Below the pieces are notes generated by a model that ran no database searches, was not told where the DNA came from, and saw only the letters and a program-made list of their open reading frames with translations. DNA of 64,000 bases, taken from Tepidisphaera sp. Lineage in GTDB: Bacteria > Planctomycetota > Phycisphaerae > Phycisphaerales > UBA1924. Positions within the stretch are counted from its first letter, which is position 1. Every line of letters starts with the position of its first letter. Below, piece after piece: positions 9,905 through 19,500 of this stretch. Both the position numbers and the translations under genes were made by a program. The stretch is from contig CP051526.1 of assembly GCA_050916045.1 (NCBI GenBank), positions 2,240,001 through 2,304,000 of the forward strand, read 5' to 3'.

Positions 9905-12748
9905 ATGCCGACAGTGACATACGACGGTCGCAGTTTCATGCTCGATGGGCGCCGCATCTGGGTCGTCTCGGGCACCGTCCCCATGCCGCGGCTTTCGCGC
10001 GATGTCTGGGCCGAACGCATCCACGCCGCCAAGCAAGCCGGCCTCAACACCATCGAGACGCCCATCTTCTGGAACCGGCATGAGCCCCGCGCCGGCCGCC
10101 TGGACTTCACCGGCGAGAATGACGTCCGCCACTTCGTCAAGCTCGTGCAGGCCGCCGGGATGTACGCCGTCCTGCGCGTCGGCCCGTTTGTCGGCTCATC
10201 GTGGGACCTCGGCGGCCTTCCCGCCTGGGTGCTTGATCTCAAGGAAGTCAAGCTCCGCGCCGGCGGCCCCGCGTTCCTCGACGCGTGCTCACGCTACATG
10301 GGTGCCCTCGTCGAACAGGTCCGCGACCTCCAGGTTTCCAGCGCCGGCAAGGGCGGCCCGCTCTTGGCCGTGCAGTGCGAAGCCGACTGGTCCTGCGGCG
10401 ATGAGGACGTCGCCGACCACTACCTCCGCGAGCTCAACCGCTTCCTCCGCGAGAGCGGCCTGACCATCCCGATCCTCAACAGCAACAACCTCTGGCAGTC
10501 CGTCGAAGGGCAGATCGACGGCTGGGCGGGCCGGGACGAGATGCTTCCGACCATGCGGCAGCTTTCGTGCGTTCGCGGCGATCAGCCTCGCTTCGTGACG
10601 AGTTTCCCCGTCGGCGAGCAGTCCGTCTGGGGCCAGACGCCCGACAGCCCGCTCGAGCCGTGGCTTGCTCAGCGTCGCTTGGCCGAGATCCTCGCCGGCG
10701 GCGGTCAGTTCAACATCGATCCCTTTGCCGGCGGGACCAACACGGGCTTCTGGGGCGGCCGCTTGCCCGAGGGCGACTCGGTCTTCGCGTGCACCTCCGC
10801 GGATCAGGACGCTCCCATCGGCGAATCCGGCTCGCGCGGTCCCGCGTGGGCCATGGTCCGCCGCATCGCCGCCTTCGCGACGCGTTTCGGCAAGACCTTC
10901 GCCGGCCTCGACCCCGGCTACCAGCCCATCGCTCTCCACCCGGGCTCGGGCAAGAACAAAGCCAGCACCAAGAAGCACACCGAAGCCGCCCACGGCGAGC
11001 ACGCCGTCGTCCACACGATGGGCCCCCAGGGCGCGGTCGTCTTCGTCTTCGGCAACGAGCCCTCGCCCGAAGCTCACCCCGCCAACCTCCTCCTGCCCGA
11101 GGGTGAATCCCTGCAGGTCCACCTCGGCAATCAAGCGGTCGTGTGGTGCCTCTTTGACACCAACCTCAACCCCCGCGCCCACCTGGACTACACCAACCTC
11201 AACGCGTTCGCGATGGTCGGCCGCGTCTTCGTCTGCTTCGGCCAGCCCAAGACCACCGGCGTCGTCTCCATCAACGGCGCTCTGCTTGAGATCGGCGTCC
11301 CCGCGCCCGGCGCCGCTCCCACGCTCGTCGAGCACGAGGGTGTGCAGGTGCTGATCCTCGGCGAGGACCAGATCGACTCCACCTTCGTCACCGAAGACTC
11401 CGTCTACATCGGCGTCGTCGGCACCACGCCCGACGGCAAGCCGATCGTCGCGCCGGGCAGCAAGTCCTACCTCCACATCTCTTCCGACGGCGTGCTCACC
11501 ACCCGTCCCTCCTCCGGCCCCAAGTCCGTCGCTCTCGCGCAGGTCGTCCCAAGCGGCGACCGCGTCACCCTCGGCGATTGGACCACCGCCGGCCTCGAGG
11601 AATACCTCACCGGCGAAAGCGCCCGCTACGCCTCGATCCCCGGCCCGTCAGACCTCGCCGCTCTCGGCTCACCCTTCGGTTACGGCTGGTACCGCCTCAC
11701 GCTCAAGAACGCTTCGGCCCGCAAAGCCCGCGTTTCCTTCACGCACGGCGGCGACCGCCTGCACGTCTACAGCGCCGGCAAGCTCGCGGGCATCGCCGGC
11801 GTCGGCCCCGACGCTCACCCCAAGCTCGACATCCCCCTCCACAAGGGCACCGACCAGATCGTCATCCTCACAGACAACCTCGGCCGCTTCGCGGGCGGCG
11901 CTCACCTCGCCGAACGCAAGGGCGTCGCCGATCACGTCCACGAGGTCGAACCTATCAAGCCCGGCCCCTCCAAGCTCGTCCGCGGCGAGCCCATCGAGGT
12001 CCTCGCGTTCCGCACGCCCCTCTGGAACCTCCGCCCCGGCGACAGCACCGAGCCCGACCGCGTCACCTGGACCGTCCCCCACCGCAAGAAAACCCCGGTC
12101 ATCGTCCATTTCAACGGCCTGCCCGTCCGCGGCCTGCTCGTCGTCGACGGCGTCACCGTCGGCTACGTCGACCAGGGTGGCCCGCGCACCGTCGTTCTCG
12201 ACGTCGAGAAGTTCTCCCGCGGCTCCGCTCAGGTCCAGCTCGCCCTCATCGGCGACGGCAAGCAGCTCACCCCCGAGATCATCAAGGCCATCGACCACGC
12301 CGTCACCTTCGACGACGCCGTCGCGCCCCTCTCCACCAAGGCCGAATGGGCTTTCGCCAAGTGGGAAATGCCCCCCGCTTCCGCATTCAAGCCCGCCAAA
12401 GCCGCCAAGTCCGAAGCGCCCCGCTGGTGGAAAGCGTCCTTCAAAGCCGCCAAGACTCCCGCTCCCCTCTACTTCGAAGCTCTCGGCCTCACCAAGGGCC
12501 AGATCTACATCAACGGCCGACACCTGGGCCGCTACTACACCGGCGGCGTCGACGGCAAACCCATCCCCGGGCAGACGCGCTACTACATCCCCTCCTCCTG
12601 GATCCGACAGGGCGCCGAAAACGACATCATCCTCTTCGAAGAGCACGGCCACGCCCCGACCAAAGCCAAGCTCGTCTACGACGCCGACAAAACCCCACTT
12701 ACCGTCTCCGCGCCCGGCTCACCGGCCGGGTCGCCTACCGTCGCTTGA
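9905..12748 (+). CDS. GH35 beta-galactosidase-like protein, catalytic residues apparently substituted
   Basis: VTYDGRSFMLDG, GLNTIETPIFWNRHEP, LRVGP..WDLGGLPAW, GGTN, KGQIYINGRHLGRY, QTRYYIPSSW; start at MPTVTY. Confidence 0.85.
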   Translation: MPTVTYDGRSFMLDGRRIWVVSGTVPMPRLSRDVWAERIHAAKQAGLNTIETPIFWNRHEPRAGRLDFTGENDVRHFVKLVQAAGMYAVLRVGPFVGSSWDLGGLPAWVLDLKEVKLRAGGPAFLDACSRYMGALVEQVRDLQVSSAGKGGPLLAVQCEADWSCGDEDVADHYLRELNRFLRESGLTIPILNSNNLWQSVEGQIDGWAGRDEMLPTMRQLSCVRGDQPRFVTSFPVGEQSVWGQTPDSPLEPWLAQRRLAEILAGGGQFNIDPFAGGTNTGFWGGRLPEGDSVFACTSADQDAPIGESGSRGPAWAMVRRIAAFATRFGKTFAGLDPGYQPIALHPGSGKNKASTKKHTEAAHGEHAVVHTMGPQGAVVFVFGNEPSPEAHPANLLLPEGESLQVHLGNQAVVWCLFDTNLNPRAHLDYTNLNAFAMVGRVFVCFGQPKTTGVVSINGALLEIGVPAPGAAPTLVEHEGVQVLILGEDQIDSTFVTEDSVYIGVVGTTPDGKPIVAPGSKSYLHISSDGVLTTRPSSGPKSVALAQVVPSGDRVTLGDWTTAGLEEYLTGESARYASIPGPSDLAALGSPFGYGWYRLTLKNASARKARVSFTHGGDRLHVYSAGKLAGIAGVGPDAHPKLDIPLHKGTDQIVILTDNLGRFAGGAHLAERKGVADHVHEVEPIKPGPSKLVRGEPIEVLAFRTPLWNLRPGDSTEPDRVTWTVPHRKKTPVIVHFNGLPVRGLLVVDGVTVGYVDQGGPRTVVLDVEKFSRGSAQVQLALIGDGKQLTPEIIKAIDHAVTFDDAVAPLSTKAEWAFAKWEMPPASAFKPAKAAKSEAPRWWKASFKAAKTPAPLYFEALGLTKGQIYINGRHLGRYYTGGVDGKPIPGQTRYYIPSSWIRQGAENDIILFEEHGHAPTKAKLVYDADKTPLTVSAPGSPAGSPTVA

Positions 12749-13326
12749 TGTTCACGGATTACCCGACCAGAGACGTCACCCTGTGGCAAGCCGCCGCGGC
12801 CTACGCGTCATTCAAGCACCGCCACCAGCTCCGCAAGGATCAGAAGACGCCCTACATCTCCCACCCCTTCCGCGTCGCGATGACGATCCGGCAGGTCTTT
12901 GACTGCGCCGATCCCGAAGTCCTCGCCGCCGCCCTGATGCACGACCTCATCGAGGACACCACCACCGACTACGAAGACATCGAGCGGAAATTCGGCACTC
13001 CCATCGCCGACCTCGTCGCCGCCATGACCAAAAACATGGCTCTCCCCGAAGACCGTCGCGAAACCGAGTACGAGCAGGCCCTCGCCAAAGCCGACTGGCG
13101 AGCCCGCCTCCTCAAGCTCGGAGACACCTTCGACAACCTCTGCGACGCCATGTCCAACCCCGCCGCTTCACCCATCGACAAAGCCGCCGAAAAGGCCCGC
13201 ACAGCCATCGACCTCGCCAAAGCCGACGCCGACAAGCACCCCGAGTCCGCCCGCGCCATCGCCGCTCTCACCAGCGTGCTCAAGTCCGCCGGCGCAAGGA
13301 TGGCCCGTGCCGAGCACCAGCCCTGA
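12748..13326 (+). CDS. Stand-alone RelA/SpoT-type HD hydrolase (Mesh1/small alarmone hydrolase-like)
   Basis: HRHQLRKD..PYISHP, AALMHDLIEDT, LKLGDTFDN; TGATG stop/start overlap with the upstream gene. Confidence 0.85.
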   Translation: MFTDYPTRDVTLWQAAAAYASFKHRHQLRKDQKTPYISHPFRVAMTIRQVFDCADPEVLAAALMHDLIEDTTTDYEDIERKFGTPIADLVAAMTKNMALPEDRRETEYEQALAKADWRARLLKLGDTFDNLCDAMSNPAASPIDKAAEKARTAIDLAKADADKHPESARAIAALTSVLKSAGARMARAEHQP

Positions 13327-14284
13327 CCAACCCGCCCCACGCCGCGATTCCCCACTCCGCGACTCCCCGCGCCTCTGGCGACTCAGCGACCGCGTCAGCA
13401 TCCCGCTCGACCGCCCCGTCGTCATGGGCATCCTCAACGTCACACCCGACAGCTTCTCCGACGGCGGCAAGCTCGATAACCCCGCGGCCATCACCGCCGC
13501 CGCTCGAGCGATGATCCAGGCCGGCGCCGACCTCCTCGATCTCGGAGCCGAATCCACCCGCCCCGGCGCCCGCCGCGTCTCCGCCACCGACCAGCTCGGC
13601 CGCTTGCTCCCCGCCATCTCCGCCGTTCGCGCCGTCTCCGAAACCATCCCGCTCACCATCGACACCACGCTCGAAGCGGTCGCGCACGCGGCGCTCGAAC
13701 ACGGCGGCGATGCGATCAACGACGTCTCCGCGGGCGAGGATTCCGGCGACGGCATGCTCCGCTTGGCCGCTCAGCGTCGCTGCGGCCTGATCCTCATGCA
13801 CCGCAAGGTCGCTCCTCCCGCCGATTCCTATTCCGACGCGTACGCGACGCCCCCGCAGTACGCCGATGTCGTCGCCGAGGTCGCCGAGTTCCTCAGGTCG
13901 CGTGCGGACGCCGCCATCGCCGCCGGCGTCCCGCCCGAGTGCATCGCGCTCGACCCGGGCCTGGGCTTCGGCAAATCCGTCGAGCAGAACCTCGCCCTCC
14001 TCACCCGCACGGGCGAGCTCTCACGCGACTTCCCAATCGTGAGCGGCCTCTCCCGCAAGAGCTTCGTCGGCCGCCTGACGCTCCAGCGAGACTCCACGCC
14101 CGATGAACGCCTCCCGGGCACGATCGCACTCTCGATCGACCACCTCCGCGCCGGAGCCTCCATCTTCCGGGTTCACGATGTCGCCCCCCTGCGCGAAGCT
14201 CTCGACGCCGCCCGCCGGGGCGGTGACACAGCGGGCCGACCACCCACCCCACCCGATGCCAAACCACGCCGCACATCGCCCTGA
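13307..14284 (+). CDS. folP: Dihydropteroate synthase
   Basis: MGILNVTPDSFSDGG, GAESTRPG, INDVS, LDPGLGFGK, GLSRKSF, FRVHDV. Confidence 0.95.
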   Translation: MPSTSPDQPAPRRDSPLRDSPRLWRLSDRVSIPLDRPVVMGILNVTPDSFSDGGKLDNPAAITAAARAMIQAGADLLDLGAESTRPGARRVSATDQLGRLLPAISAVRAVSETIPLTIDTTLEAVAHAALEHGGDAINDVSAGEDSGDGMLRLAAQRRCGLILMHRKVAPPADSYSDAYATPPQYADVVAEVAEFLRSRADAAIAAGVPPECIALDPGLGFGKSVEQNLALLTRTGELSRDFPIVSGLSRKSFVGRLTLQRDSTPDERLPGTIALSIDHLRAGASIFRVHDVAPLREALDAARRGGDTAGRPPTPPDAKPRRTSP

Positions 14285-14388
14285 TCGCCGGGTTGTCACC
14301 TTTCCCGCCTAGCATTCATCCAAGCTTGTAGAACGACACAACCGAGCCCGCCGCACACGGCCGGGCTCACCAAAGAATGGAGTCTCCA

Positions 14389-14721
14389 ATGGCAGGCGCT
14401 CACGTCAAGGAATTCACCGACGGCAACTTCGAGTCCGAAGTCCTCCGCTCCTCCGAACCCGTCGTCGTCGACTTCTGGGCCGAATGGTGCCAGCCCTGCC
14501 GCGCGCTGGGCCCCACCATCGACTCCCTCGCGACCAAGTACTCCGGGAAAGCCAAGATCGGCAAGGTCGACATCGACAACAACCAGAAGGTCGCCGCCGA
14601 CTTTGGCATCATGGCCATCCCCACCGTCCTGGTCTTCAAGGGCGGCCAGATCGTCAAACGCTTCCAGGGCGTGACCAGCGAAGCCGTCCTCTCCGGCGCG
14701 ATCGACCAGGCCATCGCCTGA
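14389..14721 (+). CDS. trxA: Thioredoxin
   Basis: VDFWAEWCQPC, IPT, FKGG; GGAG upstream of ATG 14389. Confidence 0.95.
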   Translation: MAGAHVKEFTDGNFESEVLRSSEPVVVDFWAEWCQPCRALGPTIDSLATKYSGKAKIGKVDIDNNQKVAADFGIMAIPTVLVFKGGQIVKRFQGVTSEAVLSGAIDQAIA

Positions 14722-14778
14722 TCGTCCGGCCACCGGCTTTCACGCCCCGAATCCCGTTGAAAATACCGTCCAGAACCT

Positions 14779-14808
14779 GAATCACCCGGCCCCCCAGCCG
14801 GGTGATTC
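14779..14808. terminator. Perfect hairpin between trxA and the oxidoreductase (terminator or REP-like)
   Basis: gaatcacccggc-loop-gccgggtgattc, 12-bp stem, weak U tract. Confidence 0.45.
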
Positions 14809-14838
14809 CTCTTTGCGCGGCGCTTACACTGATCCACC

Positions 14839-15933
14839 ATGGCAGTGACCACGACCTCCACCGGCTCCACGCTCCGCACCGACTCCGCCACGCCCACCAA
14901 AAAGCTCCGATGCGGCGTCGTCGGCGTCGGCCGCATGGGCCAGCACCACGCCCGCGTCTACGCCACCATGCCCGGCTGCCAACTCGTCGGCGTCGTCGAC
15001 GCCAGCAAGGAACGCCGCGGCGCGATCGCCGACAAGTTCGACACCCGCGCCTTGGAATCCGTCGAACAACTCATCGACGCCGGCGTCGACGCCGTCTCCA
15101 TCGCCGTCCCCACCATCTACCATTGGGACGCCGCCGAGCCCCTCCTCAAAGCCGGTGTCGCCTGCCTCGTCGAGAAGCCGCTCGCCAAGGACGTCGAATC
15201 CGCCCTCGCCATCAAGGACCTGGCCGAGAAGACCGGCAGCGTCCTCATGGTCGGCCACATCGAACGCTTCAACCCCGTCATCCGCGCGTTCCAGCGTGCG
15301 ACCGAGGGCGGCCTCCCCGTCGTCCCCCGCTACATCGAGGTCCATCGCGTTAGCCCGATGACCTTCCGCTCCGTCGACATCTCCGTCGTCATGGACATGA
15401 TGATCCACGACATCGACGTCCTCCTCATGCTCATGGGCGGCCGCGAACCCGACGACGTGCAAGCCTCCGGCGTCGCGGTCATCACCGAGCACGAGGACAT
15501 CTGCAACGCTCGCCTCACGTGGAACCTGCCCACCGGCCAGTGCGTGGCGAACGTCTCGGCAAGCCGCTTGGCTCTCAAGACCGAACGCATCACCCGCATC
15601 ACCGGCGAGAACGCGTACATCAAGATCGACTACGCCGCGAAGAACGGCACGATGATCCGCCGGATCGCCAACGAGATCCAGATGCGTGAGATGCGTGAAC
15701 AGCTCCGCAAGGGGTCGGACCTCACGGCTCTCAAGTGGCAGGAGCTCGTCAACATCGAGCAGCTCGTCGTCGACGATGCCGAGCCGATCGTGGCCGAGAT
15801 TAAGGAATTCCTGGAAGCCGTCCGCGCCGGCCGCCGCCCCTCGATCGACGCCGAAGCCGGCTTCGCGAACGTCCGCACGGCCCAGCGCATCCTGGATGCG
15901 ATCGGCTCGACGCAGCGGATGATCAAGGGGTGA
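14839..15933 (+). CDS. Gfo/Idh/MocA family NAD(P) oxidoreductase
   Basis: GVVGVGRMG, LVEKPLA, VGHIERFNP, DMMIHDID. Confidence 0.92.
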   Translation: MAVTTTSTGSTLRTDSATPTKKLRCGVVGVGRMGQHHARVYATMPGCQLVGVVDASKERRGAIADKFDTRALESVEQLIDAGVDAVSIAVPTIYHWDAAEPLLKAGVACLVEKPLAKDVESALAIKDLAEKTGSVLMVGHIERFNPVIRAFQRATEGGLPVVPRYIEVHRVSPMTFRSVDISVVMDMMIHDIDVLLMLMGGREPDDVQASGVAVITEHEDICNARLTWNLPTGQCVANVSASRLALKTERITRITGENAYIKIDYAAKNGTMIRRIANEIQMREMREQLRKGSDLTALKWQELVNIEQLVVDDAEPIVAEIKEFLEAVRAGRRPSIDAEAGFANVRTAQRILDAIGSTQRMIKG

Positions 15934-15940
15934 GTTCCGG

Positions 15941-16037
15941 AGCCCGAAGGGCTCATCGTTCATAGCCGGGGGTCAAGCGAGTCTTCGAGCGCGACCCCCG
16001 GAAAGCATGTTTCGGCTCTTCGACCCCGACGGGGTCG
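15941..16037 (+). repeat. Multi-hairpin REP/BIME-like element, family B
   Basis: agcccgaagggct and cgaccccgacggggtcg hairpins; 15961-16002 matches the reverse complement of 41096-41137 at 41/42. Confidence 0.8.
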
Positions 16038-16063
16038 TCCGAGACTATCGATACGCTGCACCC

Positions 16064-16579
16064 ATGACGATTTCCATCGACATCCAACCCGACACGGGCC
16101 TCGTCATCAACGGCTCATTCATTCGCCATCAATGCGATCCCCAAGCGTTTTACACGGCACTCGGCCGACCCGATCGGATCTGCACCGGCAAGATTCCCGC
16201 CCCGGTCGGCCACCGAAACAACCACGTGCATGTGTACGACGAACTGGGCATCTGTCTGTTCGACAACCACCGCACACTGCGAATCACGGCTCTGCTGTGC
16301 TTGTTCGATACAAACTACCTGCCGGAACGGCCCCAGAATCCGTTCCGAGGCGAACTATCCATCGATGCGCACCCGATCACGAATCCCATCTCACTCAAGG
16401 CTTTAGACGACCTTGCAATGACCAAGCAACTGGGCTGGTTCGTGCGCGATGGAACCGTGTGCTACGTCAACGTCGAACTTCGCCCGGTCAATCGATCCCG
16501 AAGCCGTGATTCGCTCCACGAAATTCGATGTCTGGGCGTGTCGCTCCGCGATCCTGATAAGCTCGGGCCAGCTCGCTAA
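16064..16579 (+). CDS. Hypothetical protein, lower-GC accessory gene
   Basis: 171 aa with globular composition; codon usage differs from neighbours. Confidence 0.55.
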   Translation: MTISIDIQPDTGLVINGSFIRHQCDPQAFYTALGRPDRICTGKIPAPVGHRNNHVHVYDELGICLFDNHRTLRITALLCLFDTNYLPERPQNPFRGELSIDAHPITNPISLKALDDLAMTKQLGWFVRDGTVCYVNVELRPVNRSRSRDSLHEIRCLGVSLRDPDKLGPAR

Positions 16580-19500
16580 CCCCCAGTCCCCTTCCACATC
16601 TGAGCCACACCCGCCACCGTCGGCGCGTTCTTCCCCGCAAGCTCCGGCGCGAACATCGCAAGCCTCAGTTCCTCGAGCGCCCACCGATACTTCTCGACCG
16701 CCGCCGGCAGCTTCCCCGGCTGCATCGCCCACGCGCCCGCGTCCAGATTCACCGTCGGAGCCGCTCTTCGCGACTGCGGCAGCGCGGCTTTCGTCTTGGT
16801 CGCGAGAGCCGCGCCCGCTTCCTCCGCTTCCCGCTCCTTGCTCATCGCCGCCGCGACCCACCCCGTGAACTTCTTCCAGTGCGGCAGGTACTGCTCAAGA
16901 AGCTGCTTCTCCGCGCCCGACCCGTCCTCGCGCAAGCCGAGCAGCCTCGCCCGCATCGCCGCCGAATACCGCGGAAACTCCTTCAGCCTCTCCCACGGCA
17001 CAAGCAGCACAAACCCCGGCGGCATCAGATACGCCGCCTGCTCGCGCAAGTCCGCCATGCTCATCGCCCAGTGCCGATTCGTCCCGCTCGCAAGCCGCTT
17101 GGCCACCAGAAACCTCGGCTCCAAAATCCGCCCCACCACATCCGCCACCTCACGGACCACAATCGAAAGCCTGCCCCACCCCGCCTGCTGCCGCTCGTCG
17201 AACTGTTCCGCAGTTCTTGGAACCGCTCCACCGGACAGAAACGCCCGCTCCGCGATCAAGCACGTCAGATCCGACCGCAGCGCCGCCGCCGTTCCAAAGT
17301 GCCCATAGTGCTTGACCAGTTCAGGCCACGCCGCGAGCGCATCCAGCTCATGCGCGATCTGCTCCTTGCACGCGATCGCAAAAAGCCGCCGAACCCCAAG
17401 CACCGTCGCCGCCGCCGCTTCCTCCTTCGACCCAACCAGCGTCAAAGCACACGCCTCCCCGCGATCCACCAGCGCGGGAAATCTCCCCTCCTCCTCGATC
17501 GTCTCAGGCAACGTTCCAAAGTCCCACGCGACGATCCCCTCTCGCTCAAACCGTGCTTTCGCCCGCGCCCCGCGAGCTTTCGCCACCTTCGCCTCAAGCT
17601 TCTCCTGCAGCTCCGCGACATCCCGCCCCGCGCCGACCTCTTTCTCCCCATCCATCACCACCACGCGAAGCTTGAGGTACGCCGGCAGCGCCTTCGGCGA
17701 AAACGCCCCGGCCTCAATCGTCACGCCGTGCAGCACCCCGACCGCTTCCGCCACCGCAGCCGCAATCGCGCCCTTCCCAAACTCAAGCACCTCCGCCACG
17801 CCGCTCGCCACCTCGCCCAGCTCCCCCTTCGCTTCGATCTTCTGCCGCTCCTGCTTCCCAATCGTCTTGAAAAGCCCCGCAACCACCTCCGGCAGCATCC
17901 CCGGCACCAGCCACGCCGCCCGCTCCGCCGTGATCGCCGGCAGATCCCCCACGTCCACCGTCGCCGTCACGCCGTCCTCATCGCTCCCGGCTTCGAACAC
18001 ATACGCGAGCGGCACCGGCTTCTCCGCTTCGCACGCGAGCACGCTCGGATACGCCTCCTCGCTCGCCGCCCGCGCCGCTTCCGGGTTCAGCACGTCGCCA
18101 AGCCCCGGCACGCCCGCATTCGCATCCTGCGTCGAAGCCCGCCACTCCACAAGCGTCCCGGGATCCACCACGCTCTTCGGCAGCGCCCGCTCAAACCACG
18201 CCACCAGCTCCGCTTCGCTCTTCACCACGCCCCGCCGCCGCAATTTCGCCTGCACGCTCGCCGCCGACTCAAGCACCTTCCGCACCCGCCCCACATACCC
18301 CCCCGCGCCCTTCCACTTCCCAAGCACCAGCGCATCACGAATGAAAAGCCCACGCGCCCGCTCCGGATCGCTCCCCGCGATCGCTACCCGCCGCCGCGGC
18401 ACCACGACGATCCCGTTCATCGTCGACCGCTCCCACGCGCTCGGCTCGCCCGTCTCCGCATCCAGATGCGGATCCGTCAGCTGCCGATCAAGCACGTGCC
18501 CCGCAAGCTCCTCGATCCACTCCGCCGGCACCCCCGCCACCGTCCGCGCATAAAGCTTCGTCGTCTGCACCACCTCCGCCGCCATGATCCACTTCGGCCC
18601 CTTCTTGAAAAGCACCGACCCCGGGAACAAGCTCACCACGTTCCCTTTCACACCCTTGTACTCATACCCGCTCCCATCCGTCCGACACGCCAGATTCGAA
18701 AGCAACCCCGTCAACAGTGCCCGATGGATTCGCTCGCCTCCCCCGCCCCCGGCGGGGGAGGTGGCCGAGCGCAGCAAGGCCGGAGGGGGTGCCTTCGTCT
18801 CTCCCGGAGCCATCAAATCCCCCAACTGCCGCGCCGTCTCCTCCCACTCCCGCATCCGATTCGCATTGATGAAGTGCTCCCGGCACCACGAAGCCAGCGC
18901 ACTGCTCCCCCGATCCTCCGCCGCGTGCTGATACTGCTCATACACGTTCAGCAACGTCAGAAAATCGCTCGACTCATCCCGAAACACCTTGTGCGCCTCG
19001 TCCGCCGCGCCCGCACGCTCCATCGGCCGCTCACGCGGATCCTGAATCGAAAGCCCCGCCGCCAACACCACCACCTCCCCCACACACCCCTCCGCTTCCG
19101 CCGCCACCAACATCCGCCCGATCCGCGGATCCACCGGCAACCGCGACAACCTCCGCCCAACCTCCGTGATCCGGTATCCACTGCCGGGCTCCCCGACCCG
19201 CGTCCCTTTCGTCACCGCCCCAAGCTCCACCAGCGTCTCATACCCCTCCGCCACCGCTTTCGCATCCGGCGGATCCAAAAGCGGCAACCGCTCCAGCGAC
19301 AACCCCATCGCCGACACCTGCAGAATCACCGAAGCCAGGCTCGTCCGCCGGATCTCCGGCTCCGTGAAGACCGGCCGCGCCTGATACCCCTTCTCGCTGT
19401 ACAACCGCACGCACACACCCGCCGCCACGCGCCCGCACCGCCCCTTCCGCTGATCCGCCGAAGCCCGCGACACCCGCACCACCGGCAGCGTCTGCACCTT

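Noticed and set aside
11578..12747. Apparent long N-terminus of the HD protein
   Set aside because: Alternative frame of the GH35-like gene; the HD domain starts at the TGATG overlap
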